64,000 bases of DNA from Methanobacteriota archaeon (GCA_020697715.1 JAEHCO010000005.1:55304-119303), one strand, 5' to 3'; positions 38,033-48,186 are shown, numbered from the stretch's first letter. A program made the numbers and translations. Notes: generated by a model not told the origin, from the letters alone.

Positions 38033-39142
38033 CTACTTTCGAACAACGATCGAAAGCACATCCTCATCTTTCAAAACATGACCGATGGACACTCTCTGGC
38101 CAGGGAACTTCGCGCTTGGTCCCCAGACTCTGGCATACCTGAATTTTTCACGGAAGTCGCGATGTAGGTAGTCGCAAACAATACCAACTGTCGAATCCTC
38201 TTTGATAACCAGTGGTTCTATCAGATCCGCATCCTGGCCTTGCGGTTTGAGGAATATCCTGACGAACTGGCATATATCGAATATTTCTTGTTTGAATTGC
38301 TCGATCATAAGATCCTTTTCCGCGGACATCCTGAAGACATTCCAGCCGTCCAGTGCCTCGATCACCTTGTCCACCTCTTCCTTTGGAAGCAGATCAATTT
38401 TATTCAGAACGACTATGGCATCGACATATACTTTATTCCCGGATAGATAATCGATAAGCTGGTCCTCATCGATATCCTCCCTCAGGACGATATCGGCATT
38501 GATTATTCCATAAGAGGACATGATGTTCTTGACCATTTCCTCATCCATCTTGGTCATTTCCACGGTGTGATTGACATTCAGGCCACCCCTAAAGCTCTTG
38601 TAGATCTTGATATCCACTGGCTTGGAATTGATACGCATGCCAGCCTTGTAAAGTTCACGGACAATGATATCGATGTCATAACGGAAGACATCGACCATCA
38701 GAATGAGGAGATCCGCGCTTCTAGCGGCCGCGATTACCTCTCTGCCACGCCCTTTTCCCTTGGACGCGTCCTTGATTATACCCGGAAGATCCAGTATCTG
38801 GACCTTCGCGCCCTGGTAATCCATTATTCCAGGCACGACATCCAGGGTGGTGAATTCATAACGACCGACTTCACTGGTGGCATCGGTTATCTTATTGAGA
38901 AGGGTTGATTTTCCCACGGATGGAAATCCCACGAGAGCGACTGTGGCATTGCCAGATTTCTTCACGGCATATGATTTACCGCCACCCGAGCTGGCTGCCC
39001 TTCTTTTTTCCTGATCGTCCTTTAGCCTCGCCATCTTGGCCTTCAGTTTGCCAATATGATGCTGGGTGTTCTTGTTATACTTCGTCTTCGCAAGCTCTGC
39101 CTCGATATCCGCTATCTGTTCATCAATATTGCCCATGTTCAA
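38033..39142 (-). CDS. DRG-subfamily OBG GTPase with TGS domain
   Basis: VGFPSVGKST, YEFTT, DLPGII, GKGRGREV, NKID and VWGPSAKFPGQRV. Confidence 0.95.
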   Translation of the reverse strand: MNMGNIDEQIADIEAELAKTKYNKNTQHHIGKLKAKMARLKDDQEKRRAASSGGGKSYAVKKSGNATVALVGFPSVGKSTLLNKITDATSEVGRYEFTTLDVVPGIMDYQGAKVQILDLPGIIKDASKGKGRGREVIAAARSADLLILMVDVFRYDIDIIVRELYKAGMRINSKPVDIKIYKSFRGGLNVNHTVEMTKMDEEMVKNIMSSYGIINADIVLREDIDEDQLIDYLSGNKVYVDAIVVLNKIDLLPKEEVDKVIEALDGWNVFRMSAEKDLMIEQFKQEIFDICQFVRIFLKPQGQDADLIEPLVIKEDSTVGIVCDYLHRDFREKFRYARVWGPSAKFPGQRVSIGHVLKDEDVLSIVVRK

Positions 39143-39273
39143 TCCGAGGATATGGGGATTGGTTATAAAATTTGTTCATGAATATGTACTATTTTTTTAT
39201 CAAATACCATAATTCGAAGATATCATGGTTCCGGGATTAATTTATTATCCCCGGGTAATTATGGTTGGACATC

Positions 39274-40578
39274 ATGGCAGAGCAGATCGATCTATTGAAA
39301 AGGTATTCCGGTTTCAGGAAGAGTGCCCGCAATCTTGTATTTGTGGGTCTCATAAACATGACTGGTAGTGCTCTCCAGGGTTTTATCCTTGTGCTATATC
39401 TTAATGTTCTGGGTCATAATAATTCGATCTTCGGATCGCTTGGTCTTGTGATGGAAGTTAGTACAGTTGTAATTTTGATAGTCAGTGGCCTGCTGGCCGA
39501 CAAATATGGAAAGAAAGGGACATTGATGTTGGGTATCACCCTCAGTGCGCTGGGCATGCTATTATTTTCCATGACCGAATCCCTGCCCATCTTCTTCATA
39601 GCCGCAGCCTTGATCGGTCTGGGTGGAGGATTTGATGGCCCCTCCTTTAATGGACTATTGGCAGAGTTATCAAACTCCAAACGTAGAAAATATTTGTTCA
39701 GTTTCAATTCATTCCTCAATCTGATGGGATCTGGAACCATAACCATCATTGGTGGTTTTGTTCCATTGTTCCTAATATCCTCGCTGAACTTCGGCAGTAT
39801 CGAGGCCTACAGGATGATCTTCATATTGGCTTTCCTTCTCAAGGCAATCAGTCTGGTACTTCTTTCCCGGATCAAGAAACCAGAGGCGGATGAAGAGGAC
39901 ATGAATGATTCATGCCCCATAGATGACAAGAAACCATGGGGTCTGATATTCAAATTCGCGCTTCCAAATGTATTCACTGGCCTGGGAGCGGGAATGATAG
40001 TCCCATACTTCCAGATATTCTTTAAAGAGGAGTTCACATTGGAACTGGGAAGCATTGGGATCATCTTCGCCTTGCTATCCTTCGTCATGGCCGCCATCAC
40101 CTTCATTCTTCCACGAATAGCGGAGAAGGGAGGCTCAGTGATGACCATCGGCGTATTCCATGGAGCCTCCATATTTGCGATGATCGCCATACCCTTCACA
40201 CCCTGGCTGTCCGTGGTCATATTCCTATTCATATTCCGGGCTGCTATGATGAATGTTCCACATCCAATAATGACGGCTTTCATGCAATCCAAGATGCCAG
40301 ATAACTGTCGCTCCACTGCCCAAAGCGCTCTGGCCTTCGCCTGGATGGTCACTCATGCTGTAGGAATATACATCGGGGGCTTCATCTGGGATGCGGTCTA
40401 TGTCTATGAGACCCTACCTATGAGATATCCTTTCTACATAGCCACGATCCTGTACACCATTTCCACGGTCCTCTTCCTGATATTCTTCCTGAAAATGGAT
40501 GATAAAGAGCATAAGCCACTACCTCATTTGCACAAAAGACCAAGCCTGTCCAATATACTTCACCGTAATCCAAGATGA
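39274..40578 (+). CDS. MFS transporter
   Basis: About 12 TM segments and MFS motif A GLLADKYGKK. Start 39274 (ATG) or 39265 (TTG). Confidence 0.88.
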   Translation: MAEQIDLLKRYSGFRKSARNLVFVGLINMTGSALQGFILVLYLNVLGHNNSIFGSLGLVMEVSTVVILIVSGLLADKYGKKGTLMLGITLSALGMLLFSMTESLPIFFIAAALIGLGGGFDGPSFNGLLAELSNSKRRKYLFSFNSFLNLMGSGTITIIGGFVPLFLISSLNFGSIEAYRMIFILAFLLKAISLVLLSRIKKPEADEEDMNDSCPIDDKKPWGLIFKFALPNVFTGLGAGMIVPYFQIFFKEEFTLELGSIGIIFALLSFVMAAITFILPRIAEKGGSVMTIGVFHGASIFAMIAIPFTPWLSVVIFLFIFRAAMMNVPHPIMTAFMQSKMPDNCRSTAQSALAFAWMVTHAVGIYIGGFIWDAVYVYETLPMRYPFYIATILYTISTVLFLIFFLKMDDKEHKPLPHLHKRPSLSNILHRNPR

Positions 40579-40675
40579 TCAGAGAACTGGTGAATTCAAA
40601 ATTGGGTTGTATAATAATGCAAAACCTTTATAATAGATAGTTATGTACGGTGAACTTCACAGGCGGGTACACACT

Positions 40676-40855
40676 ATGGAATACACAAGATATGAACTTG
40701 CTAGGATAATCGGTGCAAGAGGCTTGCAGATCAGCATGGGCGCTCCAGTCCTTATAGACGTGCCAGATGAATTGATCAATCCGATTGACATAGCAATGCA
40801 GGAATATGATCTGGGGCTACTCCCGATCACGGTCAAGAGGAGCAAGAACGTATGA
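40676..40855 (+). CDS. rpoK: DNA-directed RNA polymerase subunit K (Rpo6)
   Basis: [22 protein letters not shown]...LPITVKR. BRE/TATA AAAACCTTTATAA at 40621-40633. Confidence 0.95.
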   Translation: MEYTRYELARIIGARGLQISMGAPVLIDVPDELINPIDIAMQEYDLGLLPITVKRSKNV

Positions 40856-42057
40856 GCCTCATTGATGACATCATTATAAGAAAGATCCTAGACAGCAGAG
40901 GTAACCCCACGGTGGAGGTGGAGATCATCACCGAGAACGGTTACGGAATGGCTGCGGCACCCAGCGGTGCCAGTACCGGGGAGCATGAAGTTAAAGCATT
41001 TCCAGAGGGTGGAGTGGACAAGGCCATCAGCATATTCCACGAAGATATCGAATCGGAAATGATAGGTATCGACACCTTTGAGCAGGAATACATTGATTCC
41101 CTGCTACATCAGATAGATGGAACACCTGATTTCGCAAAGATCGGGGGCAATGTTTCAGTTGCAATTTCACTAGCAGTTGCGAAAGCATCTGCGTCCATAC
41201 TGGGCATACCATTGTACCAGTACATTGGAGGGGCTTTCACAAAGTCCATACCCAATCCCCAGGGAAACCTTATCGGAGGGGGCAGGCACGCCATAGGCGG
41301 AACGGATATTCAGGAGTTCCTGGTCGTATCCATATCAGATTCAATTTCCAAGAGTGTATTCGCGAATGCCTATGCACACAAGACAGTGGGTAAGAAACTC
41401 AAGGCAAAGCTCCCTGATACTGCAATAGGAAAGGGAGATGAGGGCGCGTGGGTGGCCAAGTTGACAAATGAGGAAGCCCTGGAAGTTCTCAGATCCACAT
41501 GCGATGATGTGAAGAGCGAGCTGGGTATCGAGATCCATCCTTCACTGGATGTCGCAGCCTCCGAGCTGTACGAAAATGGAAATTACAAGTACAAGGACAA
41601 AGTTCTTTCAACAGATCAGCAGGTGGATTATATCATCAAGCTCATCGAGGACTTCGACCTTCACATGGTGGAAGACCCACTGGACGAGAACGATTTCGAA
41701 GCATATGCTAAGCTCACGGAGGCCGTGGGAAGCAAATGCATCATAGTCGGTGATGACCTTTATGTGACCAATAAGACAAGGTTGCAGAAGGGCATTGATA
41801 TGGGTAGCAGTAATGCGATACTTATCAAACCGAATCAGGTCGGGACCCTGACAGACACGGTCCAGACAGTGAATTTGGCCAAAGAGAATGGCCTAAGAAC
41901 AATAATTTCCCACAGGAGCGGTGAGACCATAGATGAGACCATCGCACACCTGGGAGTTGCCTTTGGCTCCTATGCTATCAAAACAGGAGCAGTAGGCGGC
42001 GAGAGGATAGCGAAACTCAATGAATTGATCAGAATAGCCGAAGATTTGGAGGGCTAA
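40852..42057 (+). CDS. eno: Enolase
   Basis: [48 protein letters not shown] and SHRSGET. Confidence 0.97.
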   Translation: MSLIDDIIIRKILDSRGNPTVEVEIITENGYGMAAAPSGASTGEHEVKAFPEGGVDKAISIFHEDIESEMIGIDTFEQEYIDSLLHQIDGTPDFAKIGGNVSVAISLAVAKASASILGIPLYQYIGGAFTKSIPNPQGNLIGGGRHAIGGTDIQEFLVVSISDSISKSVFANAYAHKTVGKKLKAKLPDTAIGKGDEGAWVAKLTNEEALEVLRSTCDDVKSELGIEIHPSLDVAASELYENGNYKYKDKVLSTDQQVDYIIKLIEDFDLHMVEDPLDENDFEAYAKLTEAVGSKCIIVGDDLYVTNKTRLQKGIDMGSSNAILIKPNQVGTLTDTVQTVNLAKENGLRTIISHRSGETIDETIAHLGVAFGSYAIKTGAVGGERIAKLNELIRIAEDLEG

Positions 42058-42059
42058 AA

Positions 42060-42695
42060 ATGGCAGAAGCAACAGAAGAGCCAATACAAGAAGAAGCAAA
42101 GAAGACATTGCTGATACCGGAAGAAGGATACCTTACTTCCGGAGTTCACATCGGAACACAGCAAAAGAGCGCGGACATGAAGCAGTTCCTATTCAAGGTA
42201 AGGAGCGATGGCCTGTATGTCCTTGATGTGAAAAAGACCGATGAGAGGATCAGGTTGGCAGCCAGTATGCTGGGTAACTATGAGCCAAAGGATGTCATGG
42301 TCGTTTCAGCAAGGCAGTACGGGAAGAAGCCAGCAAGGCTCTTTTCAAAGACCACTGGTGTTAGAGCCATTCCAGGTCGTTTCATACCTGGTTCACTAAC
42401 AAACTATAATCTTCCAGATTATAGGGAACCAAAGGTTCTCTTCGTCACAGATCCAGCAGCGGACCAGCAGGCTATCAGGGAAGCTATGAGGATCGGAATT
42501 CCGATCATCGGCCTCTGTGATGCTAATAATGAGACCAGGAACATGGATCTCGTAATACCATCCAACAATAAGGGTAGAAGATCCCTGGCATTGATCTACT
42601 GGCTCATAACAAGGGAATTCCTCAAGGCAAAGGGAAAGATCATCGCAGATGACGATTACCTTCTGACCGTGGATGACTTTGAAGCTACATTGTAG
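42060..42695 (+). CDS. rps2: 30S ribosomal protein S2
   Basis: GVHIGTQQK, GRFIPGSLTN and IPSNNKGRRSLALIYW. Confidence 0.97.
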   Translation: MAEATEEPIQEEAKKTLLIPEEGYLTSGVHIGTQQKSADMKQFLFKVRSDGLYVLDVKKTDERIRLAASMLGNYEPKDVMVVSARQYGKKPARLFSKTTGVRAIPGRFIPGSLTNYNLPDYREPKVLFVTDPAADQQAIREAMRIGIPIIGLCDANNETRNMDLVIPSNNKGRRSLALIYWLITREFLKAKGKIIADDDYLLTVDDFEATL

Positions 42696-42718
42696 TGAGA
42701 AGTCAAAAAAAGCAAATA

Positions 42719-42744
42719 CGGCCGATGTGGCATCATATCGGCCG
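42719..42744. terminator. Hairpin after rps2
   Basis: CGGCCGATGTG-gcat-CATATCGGCCG, followed by a T-tract at ~42756-42762. Confidence 0.55.
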
Positions 42745-42992
42745 GACATCTTATATTTTTTAATATCCCCGCCCTTTTCATCAATGATATAAGCATCAGG
42801 CAGGGTTTTCTAAATCCCAATTTGTATTTGTCAACCACTGGGTCATCGAATATAAAACCACGCCCAATTCATATTGGGCTAGTTCGCAACTGACGTTGCT
42901 CACCCCGCCCTCCAACTGAAAATATACTATGATTCAGACGAGGCATGCTACTGGCAGAATATAGGATCATTGCTGGGTTTTGTCTTGCTTAA

Positions 42993-43409
42993 TCATCTGA
43001 TTATCATGACCGGACGGTCCGAATGCCTGGTAACCCTTTCTGCCACACTACCCAGGGTGAACCGGCCTATCTTGCTCATACTATTCCCTTTACCCATGGA
43101 ACCTATGATGATAAGACCGACTTTCATGTCCGATGCGAAATCGATTATCACATCTGCCACATTCCCTTCCTTCACCAGCCCGATGGCCTTGATATTCCTG
43201 GCAATGGCCTTGTCTATGGCCTTATTTACCATTTCATGGGCTTTAGCTCTGGAGACTTCAGGATCCATAATGGCGAATTCCTCTATCAGGGCCGCGGGAA
43301 TGACAAAAAGGATTATCACCTCATCGCCCTCCTCCGACATGTCCAGTGCCTTATCAAAAGCTTTGATGGAATGATCCGAGCCATCATAGGGTACGAGTAT
43401 CTGTGACAT
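42993..43409 (-). CDS. Universal stress protein (UspA family)
   Basis: ILVPYDGS, IIIGSMG and LGSVAERVTRHSDRPVMIIR. Start at ATG 43409. Confidence 0.92.
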   Translation of the reverse strand: MSQILVPYDGSDHSIKAFDKALDMSEEGDEVIILFVIPAALIEEFAIMDPEVSRAKAHEMVNKAIDKAIARNIKAIGLVKEGNVADVIIDFASDMKVGLIIIGSMGKGNSMSKIGRFTLGSVAERVTRHSDRPVMIIR

Positions 43410-43550
43410 TGATAGAGTATCTTTGTTTGTGTTCTTATACATTTGTTCTTATGTATTAATATAAGCTTTTATGACTGTACAATTGTATAACTGTGCAAAA
43501 CCTTATTATAGAGATGGTGTTTGGGGGATATTCTCCCAGGAGGAGTATTA

Positions 43551-43913
43551 ATGAGAAAGAACGAAAAGACCAACCCGAACATAACCAATCTCATATTTGA
43601 ACTCAAGAAGGCATCGCGTGAGAATGACGCAGCCATCTGGAGGGATATTGCAAAGAGATTGGAAAAACCGAGTTCCCGGTGGAGCGAGGTCAACCTGAGC
43701 GAGATCGAACGCTATGCAAAGGATAAGGACACCATTGCGATACCCGGCAAACTATTGGGAGCTGGAAGTATCACGAAAGCCGTGAATGTCGCGGCCTTCA
43801 GCGCATCCAACAGTGCCAAGACCAAGCTGGAGGAAGCAGGTGGAACATTCATGCAATTGGAGGAGCTGGCAGCTACAAACCCGAAGGGCAGCGGCGTCAG
43901 GATCATGGGGTGA
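43551..43913 (+). CDS. rpl18e: 50S ribosomal protein L18e
   Basis: KTNPNI, AAIWRDIAKRL, VNLSEI, IPGKLLGAG and NPKGSGVRIMG. ATG 43551 follows GGAGG. Confidence 0.95.
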   Translation: MRKNEKTNPNITNLIFELKKASRENDAAIWRDIAKRLEKPSSRWSEVNLSEIERYAKDKDTIAIPGKLLGAGSITKAVNVAAFSASNSAKTKLEEAGGTFMQLEELAATNPKGSGVRIMG

Positions 43914-43917
43914 TACT

Positions 43918-44340
43918 TTGCAGGTTATCGATGGAACAGGACATATCTTAGGACGATTGGCGACATACGTTGCTAAGCAGGCATTGGAAGGCGAGGAGAT
44001 CGTCATAGTCAATGCAGAAAAGATACTCGTGACTGGAAGTAGAGATAATATCCTCGCTGACTACAAACAGAGGCGAAACAGAGGAGTGACAGGTAGGAAC
44101 AGGAAAGGTCCCTACTATCCTCGAATGCCAGATAGATTGGTCAGAAGGAGCATCAGAGGAATGATCCCATACCAGCAGCCCAGAGGAAAGGCCGCCTATG
44201 AGAAAGTGATGACATACATAGGGGTTCCAAAGGAATACGAGAGTGTGGAACATATCACAATTGAGAATGCAAAATACAAAGGAAGCACCAAGAAGATGTC
44301 AATGGAGGATCTCTCCAGATATCTTGGCGCGGAGTTCTGA
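43918..44340 (+). CDS. rpl13: 50S ribosomal protein L13
   Basis: VIDGTGHILGRLATYVAK and GPYYPRMPDRLVRRSIRGMIP. TTG start 43918 follows the GGGGTGA RBS. Confidence 0.95.
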   Translation: MQVIDGTGHILGRLATYVAKQALEGEEIVIVNAEKILVTGSRDNILADYKQRRNRGVTGRNRKGPYYPRMPDRLVRRSIRGMIPYQQPRGKAAYEKVMTYIGVPKEYESVEHITIENAKYKGSTKKMSMEDLSRYLGAEF

Positions 44341-44349
44341 GGTGTTTAG

Positions 44350-44766
44350 ATGGCAAAAGCAAAGAAAACTAAAGTTGTGAACACAAGCGGAAAGAGAAAG
44401 ACGGCCATCGCAAGGGCCACTGTCAAGGCAGGAAAAGGCAGGGTGCGAATTAATTCAATTCCACTCGAGATCCTTACACCGGAGCTTGCAAGATTGAAGA
44501 TCCAGGAACCACTGGTCATGGCCGATAAGAAGTCCGAAGTTGTGGATATTGACATCAGTGTAGCTGGTGGCGGATTCATGGGGCAGGCAGAGGCCTGCAG
44601 GACCGCGGTTGCAAAGGGCCTTGTGGCTTTCCACGAGGATGAAGACCTGGAATCCATATTCAGAACATATGACAGAAGCCTTATGGTGAATGATGCCAGG
44701 AGAAAGCTTCCGAAGAAGCCTCTCGGACGTGGTGCAAGAAAGAAGCGCCAGAAGTCATACAGGTGA
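44350..44766 (+). CDS. rps9: 30S ribosomal protein S9
   Basis: [21 protein letters not shown] and [11 protein letters not shown]. Confidence 0.97.
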   Translation: MAKAKKTKVVNTSGKRKTAIARATVKAGKGRVRINSIPLEILTPELARLKIQEPLVMADKKSEVVDIDISVAGGGFMGQAEACRTAVAKGLVAFHEDEDLESIFRTYDRSLMVNDARRKLPKKPLGRGARKKRQKSYR

Positions 44767-44773
44767 TCTAAGC

Positions 44774-44965
44774 ATGATAATTCCTGTAAGATGTTTCACA
44801 TGTGGCAAAGTGGTAGGATCTGCCTACGAGCCTTTCATAGAGAGGACTGGTAAGGGAGAAGAGCCAGATATGGTCCTGAACGATCTTGGACTTGATCGCT
44901 ACTGCTGCCGTCGTATGATAGTATCCCATGTGGACCTTGTGGACGAACTGATGCCCTTCGACTAG
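44774..44965 (+). CDS. rpoN: DNA-directed RNA polymerase subunit N (Rpo10)
   Basis: [14 protein letters not shown]...RYCCRRM. ATG 44774 follows AGGTGA. Confidence 0.96.
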   Translation: MIIPVRCFTCGKVVGSAYEPFIERTGKGEEPDMVLNDLGLDRYCCRRMIVSHVDLVDELMPFD

Positions 44966-44986
44966 AACGGCCATCAGAACATAAAA

Positions 44987-45256
44987 TAGCCAAGATCTAA
45001 TGCAAATTGGTCTTGGCTACCTCTTATTTATTCAGATGAGGGCTCCCCAACCCTAAAGGGGAAGAACCGAATGGGTTCTTCTTGAACAGTAATCAACCAT
45101 ACATGGATGATTACTGTCGTGGGGTATCCCTTCTGTTAATTCATTGAAAATTAGCAGGGATATGAGCCCTTATTGAATACATCCCAAGCCATTATATTAC
45201 GCCATACATCCGCAAACCTAAAGGTTGCGGTATTATGGCTTGGGGATATTCAATAA
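44987..45256. other. Densely structured non-coding segment (nested and multibranch inverted repeats)
   Basis: Stem 44987-44997/45009-45019. Outer stem 45033-45049/45120-45135 encloses three hairpins. Long stem 45170-45192/45235-45256 encloses CCGCAAACC-taaa-GGTTGCGG. Confidence 0.6.
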
Positions 45257-45294
45257 ATATTTAATACCAGCATGAGTATCGGAATTTACCCAAA

Positions 45295-45367
45295 GGGCCC
45301 GTGGGGTAGTTTGGTATCCTTGTACTCTGGGGGGGTATAAACTCCGGTTCAAATCCGGGCGGGCCCA
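45295..45367 (+). tRNA. tRNA-Pro(GGG), intron-less, CCA not encoded
   Basis: Acceptor stem GGGCCCG/CGGGCCC+A; D-arm GGGTAGTTTGGTATCCT; anticodon arm GTACT-CTGGGGG-GGTAT; T-arm TCCGG-TTCAAAT-CCGGG. TATA-like TTTAATA upstream and T-tract downstream. Confidence 0.93.
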
Positions 45368-45546
45368 TCTTTGTTTTTATATTTTGTATATCATTGTTCA
45401 AAGATGGGTAGCCCATTCCACAGGTAGCCAATTGTATAGCTAACACAGTGGGCGTACCCTTCAAGCTTCCGTAGGAAGATCGAATTCTCAGTAAAGGTAA
45501 ACTATGATATGGGCACTCCAGCACTAATTCATATTGGTAATCATAT

Positions 45547-45969
45547 CTACTTTCTCACAATATGATACAGAGTGAGGTGAAAGCCATTCAGGTCGACCAA
45601 TGAAAAGAGCCGACCACCCCAGGGCTGGTCACGCGGTGGGCCGTCGTTCTCAACACCGCTCGATCGCACACGCTGGTAGGCGACATCCACGTCATCGACC
45701 TTGATGAAAGCGGTAAAATCAGAGTGCTCTCGGTTATAATTTATTTGATCGCCATTGTAACGAACCAGATTAAATCCTCTCATTGGCGGATCATTGCCTT
45801 CAGGGTCCGATAACATCTCACCATAGATCACGCTACCAAAACCACACCTCCCCTCTGCATCAAGCATGTCGCAGTGCCCTTCCCATCCCAGCACACGCTC
45901 GTACCAGGCAATGGTTTCTTCGATGGATGGAACGGTCAGGTTGATCTCTATCTTGTTCACAGAATACAC
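45547..45969 (-). CDS. VOC/glyoxalase/bleomycin-resistance family protein
   Basis: WYERVLGWE, FIKVDDVD and PRDQPWGGRLFSLVDLNG. Confidence 0.9.
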   Translation of the reverse strand: MYSVNKIEINLTVPSIEETIAWYERVLGWEGHCDMLDAEGRCGFGSVIYGEMLSDPEGNDPPMRGFNLVRYNGDQINYNREHSDFTAFIKVDDVDVAYQRVRSSGVENDGPPRDQPWGGRLFSLVDLNGFHLTLYHIVRK

Positions 45970-46086
45970 AATTATTCACCTTTATGATAGAGTAACAGTA
46001 TATTTTATTAAATTATTTCTTAAGAAAAGGCGGGAGTCTCTATAACATCTATCCAGCACCAATTCGTTTAGATTCATTTATTTATT

Positions 46087-47226
46087 TTAGTCCTCCACTG
46101 TATGAACAACCGAGAAGTTCTTTTGAATGAAATCCACCTTCTGGCCTGTAACATCCACAATGTTAGTGAAGTGACAAGGCAGCCCCCTGGATGTCATGAG
46201 ATCGGAACCAGCCATCAGATGGAAATGTAAATGTGGCCCTGTTGAACTTCCAGAGTTTCCAAGTCGCCCTAAAACTTGCCCTTGTTTCACAATCTGGCCT
46301 TTCTCGACAGTGACACTATCTTTCACTAAATGGCCATAAAATGAATGTTCACCATGTGGATGCTCCAATACCACATAATTTCCAGATGCTGCCACAATGA
46401 ATCCGTACTTTTCTGCTATTTCTGCGATCACTTCGTCAGGAAGCATCTCTGGAGCCGCAGGATTCTCAGGTGACTGGCCAAAACAATCGATGACCTTCCC
46501 ATCAGCGATTGCAATGACCTCTTTATTATACATCTTGAAATTTTCATTTGGTGTTGAGCTAGTTTGAGGTATCATCAGATCATCATTGAACTGCATGAGA
46601 TCCATTCCAAATTCCTGGGAGTGCATTGTTCTATGGCTTTGTGTATCATCACTATTTCCCCAAACAAACCATGCACCCTTCAGTGGAAAGATATAATCAT
46701 TCTTTGTCTTGTATGTCTTTATGGGAATTGATACTGTTTCTTTCTTTTCATCATTATCCAGCTCATATACAACTGTGCATTTCACTTCATCAATTGGGTT
46801 GATTGAAACCAATCGAAAAACCTCAAGTCGGATCCCGGTTTCTTGGCCCGGCTCTAATTTGTAGCCAGGGACGAAAATATCTGTGTTCCAGAATTTCTCT
46901 TGGCCCATGAAGAATTGCGCGTTTGCTAGACGCGCTTCTTCACTTAATGGATCTTCCTGTTCTTTGCCGATCATCTCCATTAATCTGACTACTTGCTCTG
47001 CTCGATCTGCCAGTGTTTTTCCAGAATAGCTGATCTTCTGTATACTGGCACCATTTGATATAATATCAAATCCAAGTTCCTTGATTGAGACCTCCTTTTC
47101 TAATGAGTTCTGCACTTTCAATGCTCTAATTAGAAATATCGTTTCATTGGATGTTTTAGTTTCATTTTCATTTATTGTCGATACCAAATAGCCATGGGGA
47201 AGAAATGAGATATTCATATGGATCAC
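46087..47226 (-). CDS. M23 family metallopeptidase domain protein
   Basis: YIFPLKG, H...EFGMD, VIAIADGKV, GNYVVLEH..SFYGHL and LGNSGSSTGPHLHF. No signal peptide apparent. Confidence 0.88.
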   Translation of the reverse strand: MIHMNISFLPHGYLVSTINENETKTSNETIFLIRALKVQNSLEKEVSIKELGFDIISNGASIQKISYSGKTLADRAEQVVRLMEMIGKEQEDPLSEEARLANAQFFMGQEKFWNTDIFVPGYKLEPGQETGIRLEVFRLVSINPIDEVKCTVVYELDNDEKKETVSIPIKTYKTKNDYIFPLKGAWFVWGNSDDTQSHRTMHSQEFGMDLMQFNDDLMIPQTSSTPNENFKMYNKEVIAIADGKVIDCFGQSPENPAAPEMLPDEVIAEIAEKYGFIVAASGNYVVLEHPHGEHSFYGHLVKDSVTVEKGQIVKQGQVLGRLGNSGSSTGPHLHFHLMAGSDLMTSRGLPCHFTNIVDVTGQKVDFIQKNFSVVHTVED

Positions 47227-47311
47227 AGATCCTCTTTTGTGGTATTATATTCCACAGATATCACAATTTTCCCATTGAGATAGTAAATTTCTTTGCATAC
47301 AGTTACTTTCA

Positions 47312-47782
47312 TTAGTTTCCACCCCGAGATGAATATTCCTGCTTTGGCCACTTCCATGCGTACTTGATTATCAACACGGTGAACAGAAGATATGTCACAC
47401 CCAAAAGTGCTTGCCAGGGCGCTGTTGCTTCAGATATAAACCCTACATTCAATAGGAGGAATACTGAGGCCACACCTATATTTGCCGTACGAGCCATCTT
47501 TGGTTTCCCTGTAAGGCTGATGAATATCATCAATGCTTGAGCCATTGCAGTTGGAACTGCAACAAATAACAACAAATTATTTGCAACCGGGTCATTCAAT
47601 TGCTGCAGAAGGGATGCCATATCTCCAAATGTCCAGAGCAAAAAATGCCCTGCCCACAATGCTGCAAGTATTATCTTCACATTTATCTTCACATCTTCGA
47701 AGATTGGTGCGATCTTTCTATCATTCATTAATTCAAGCTCACTATCTTTTACCATATTATTTACATTTTCTCTCTCTATCAT
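47312..47782 (-). CDS. Small integral membrane protein (DUF6326-like)
   Basis: EDVKINVKIILAALW, four TM segments and AWKWPKQE ending. Start uncertain. Confidence 0.65.
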   Translation of the reverse strand: MIERENVNNMVKDSELELMNDRKIAPIFEDVKINVKIILAALWAGHFLLWTFGDMASLLQQLNDPVANNLLLFVAVPTAMAQALMIFISLTGKPKMARTANIGVASVFLLLNVGFISEATAPWQALLGVTYLLFTVLIIKYAWKWPKQEYSSRGGN

Positions 47783-47796
47783 ATTATCACCTATTT

Positions 47797-48186
47797 TTAT
47801 TTGATCTCCTTGTTGAATTCTGAATTCATAAAAATTAAGTCACTGGACAGCAGTTTCTGAATATCATCAACATGCTTCTTCGCATCCTTCTTGGTTGTAA
47901 TTCGCTCGGCATACACCGATCCATTTCCAACGTAGCACAGGGTGTAGTCCATGTCCCTGAGCTTCCAAAGTACACTGATTGTCTTGTTAAGCTGTTCAAG
48001 ATCCACATTACCATCACTTGATAGCCCAATTTCTATAGTTGCAGCCGTGAATACAAAAGTCGTGTCTTTGTTCTCAATCCTGATCCCAATATCAATTGTG
48101 TAATCCATTTTCTCGCATACTGTGATCACTGACTCTTTAGAGCTGGCTTCTTTCGCCCTCTTAAGTAGATCGTCGATTTCTATCAT
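47797..48186 (-). CDS. Hypothetical protein
   Basis: 129-aa ORF with RBS GAGGTG; co-oriented with neighbours. Confidence 0.65.
   Translation of the reverse strand: MIEIDDLLKRAKEASSKESVITVCEKMDYTIDIGIRIENKDTTFVFTAATIEIGLSSDGNVDLEQLNKTISVLWKLRDMDYTLCYVGNGSVYAERITTKKDAKKHVDDIQKLLSSDLIFMNSEFNKEIK

Noticed and set aside
43786-43917. N-terminal extension of L13 (and similar track extensions on rpoN, rps6e, tldD, iscU)
   Set aside because: The extensions overlap upstream genes or leaders; RBS-supported downstream starts give normal-length proteins.
45261-45524. 87-aa minus-strand ORF
   Set aside because: It overlaps tRNA-Pro on the opposite strand (MGPPGFEP is the typical tRNA antisense artefact).
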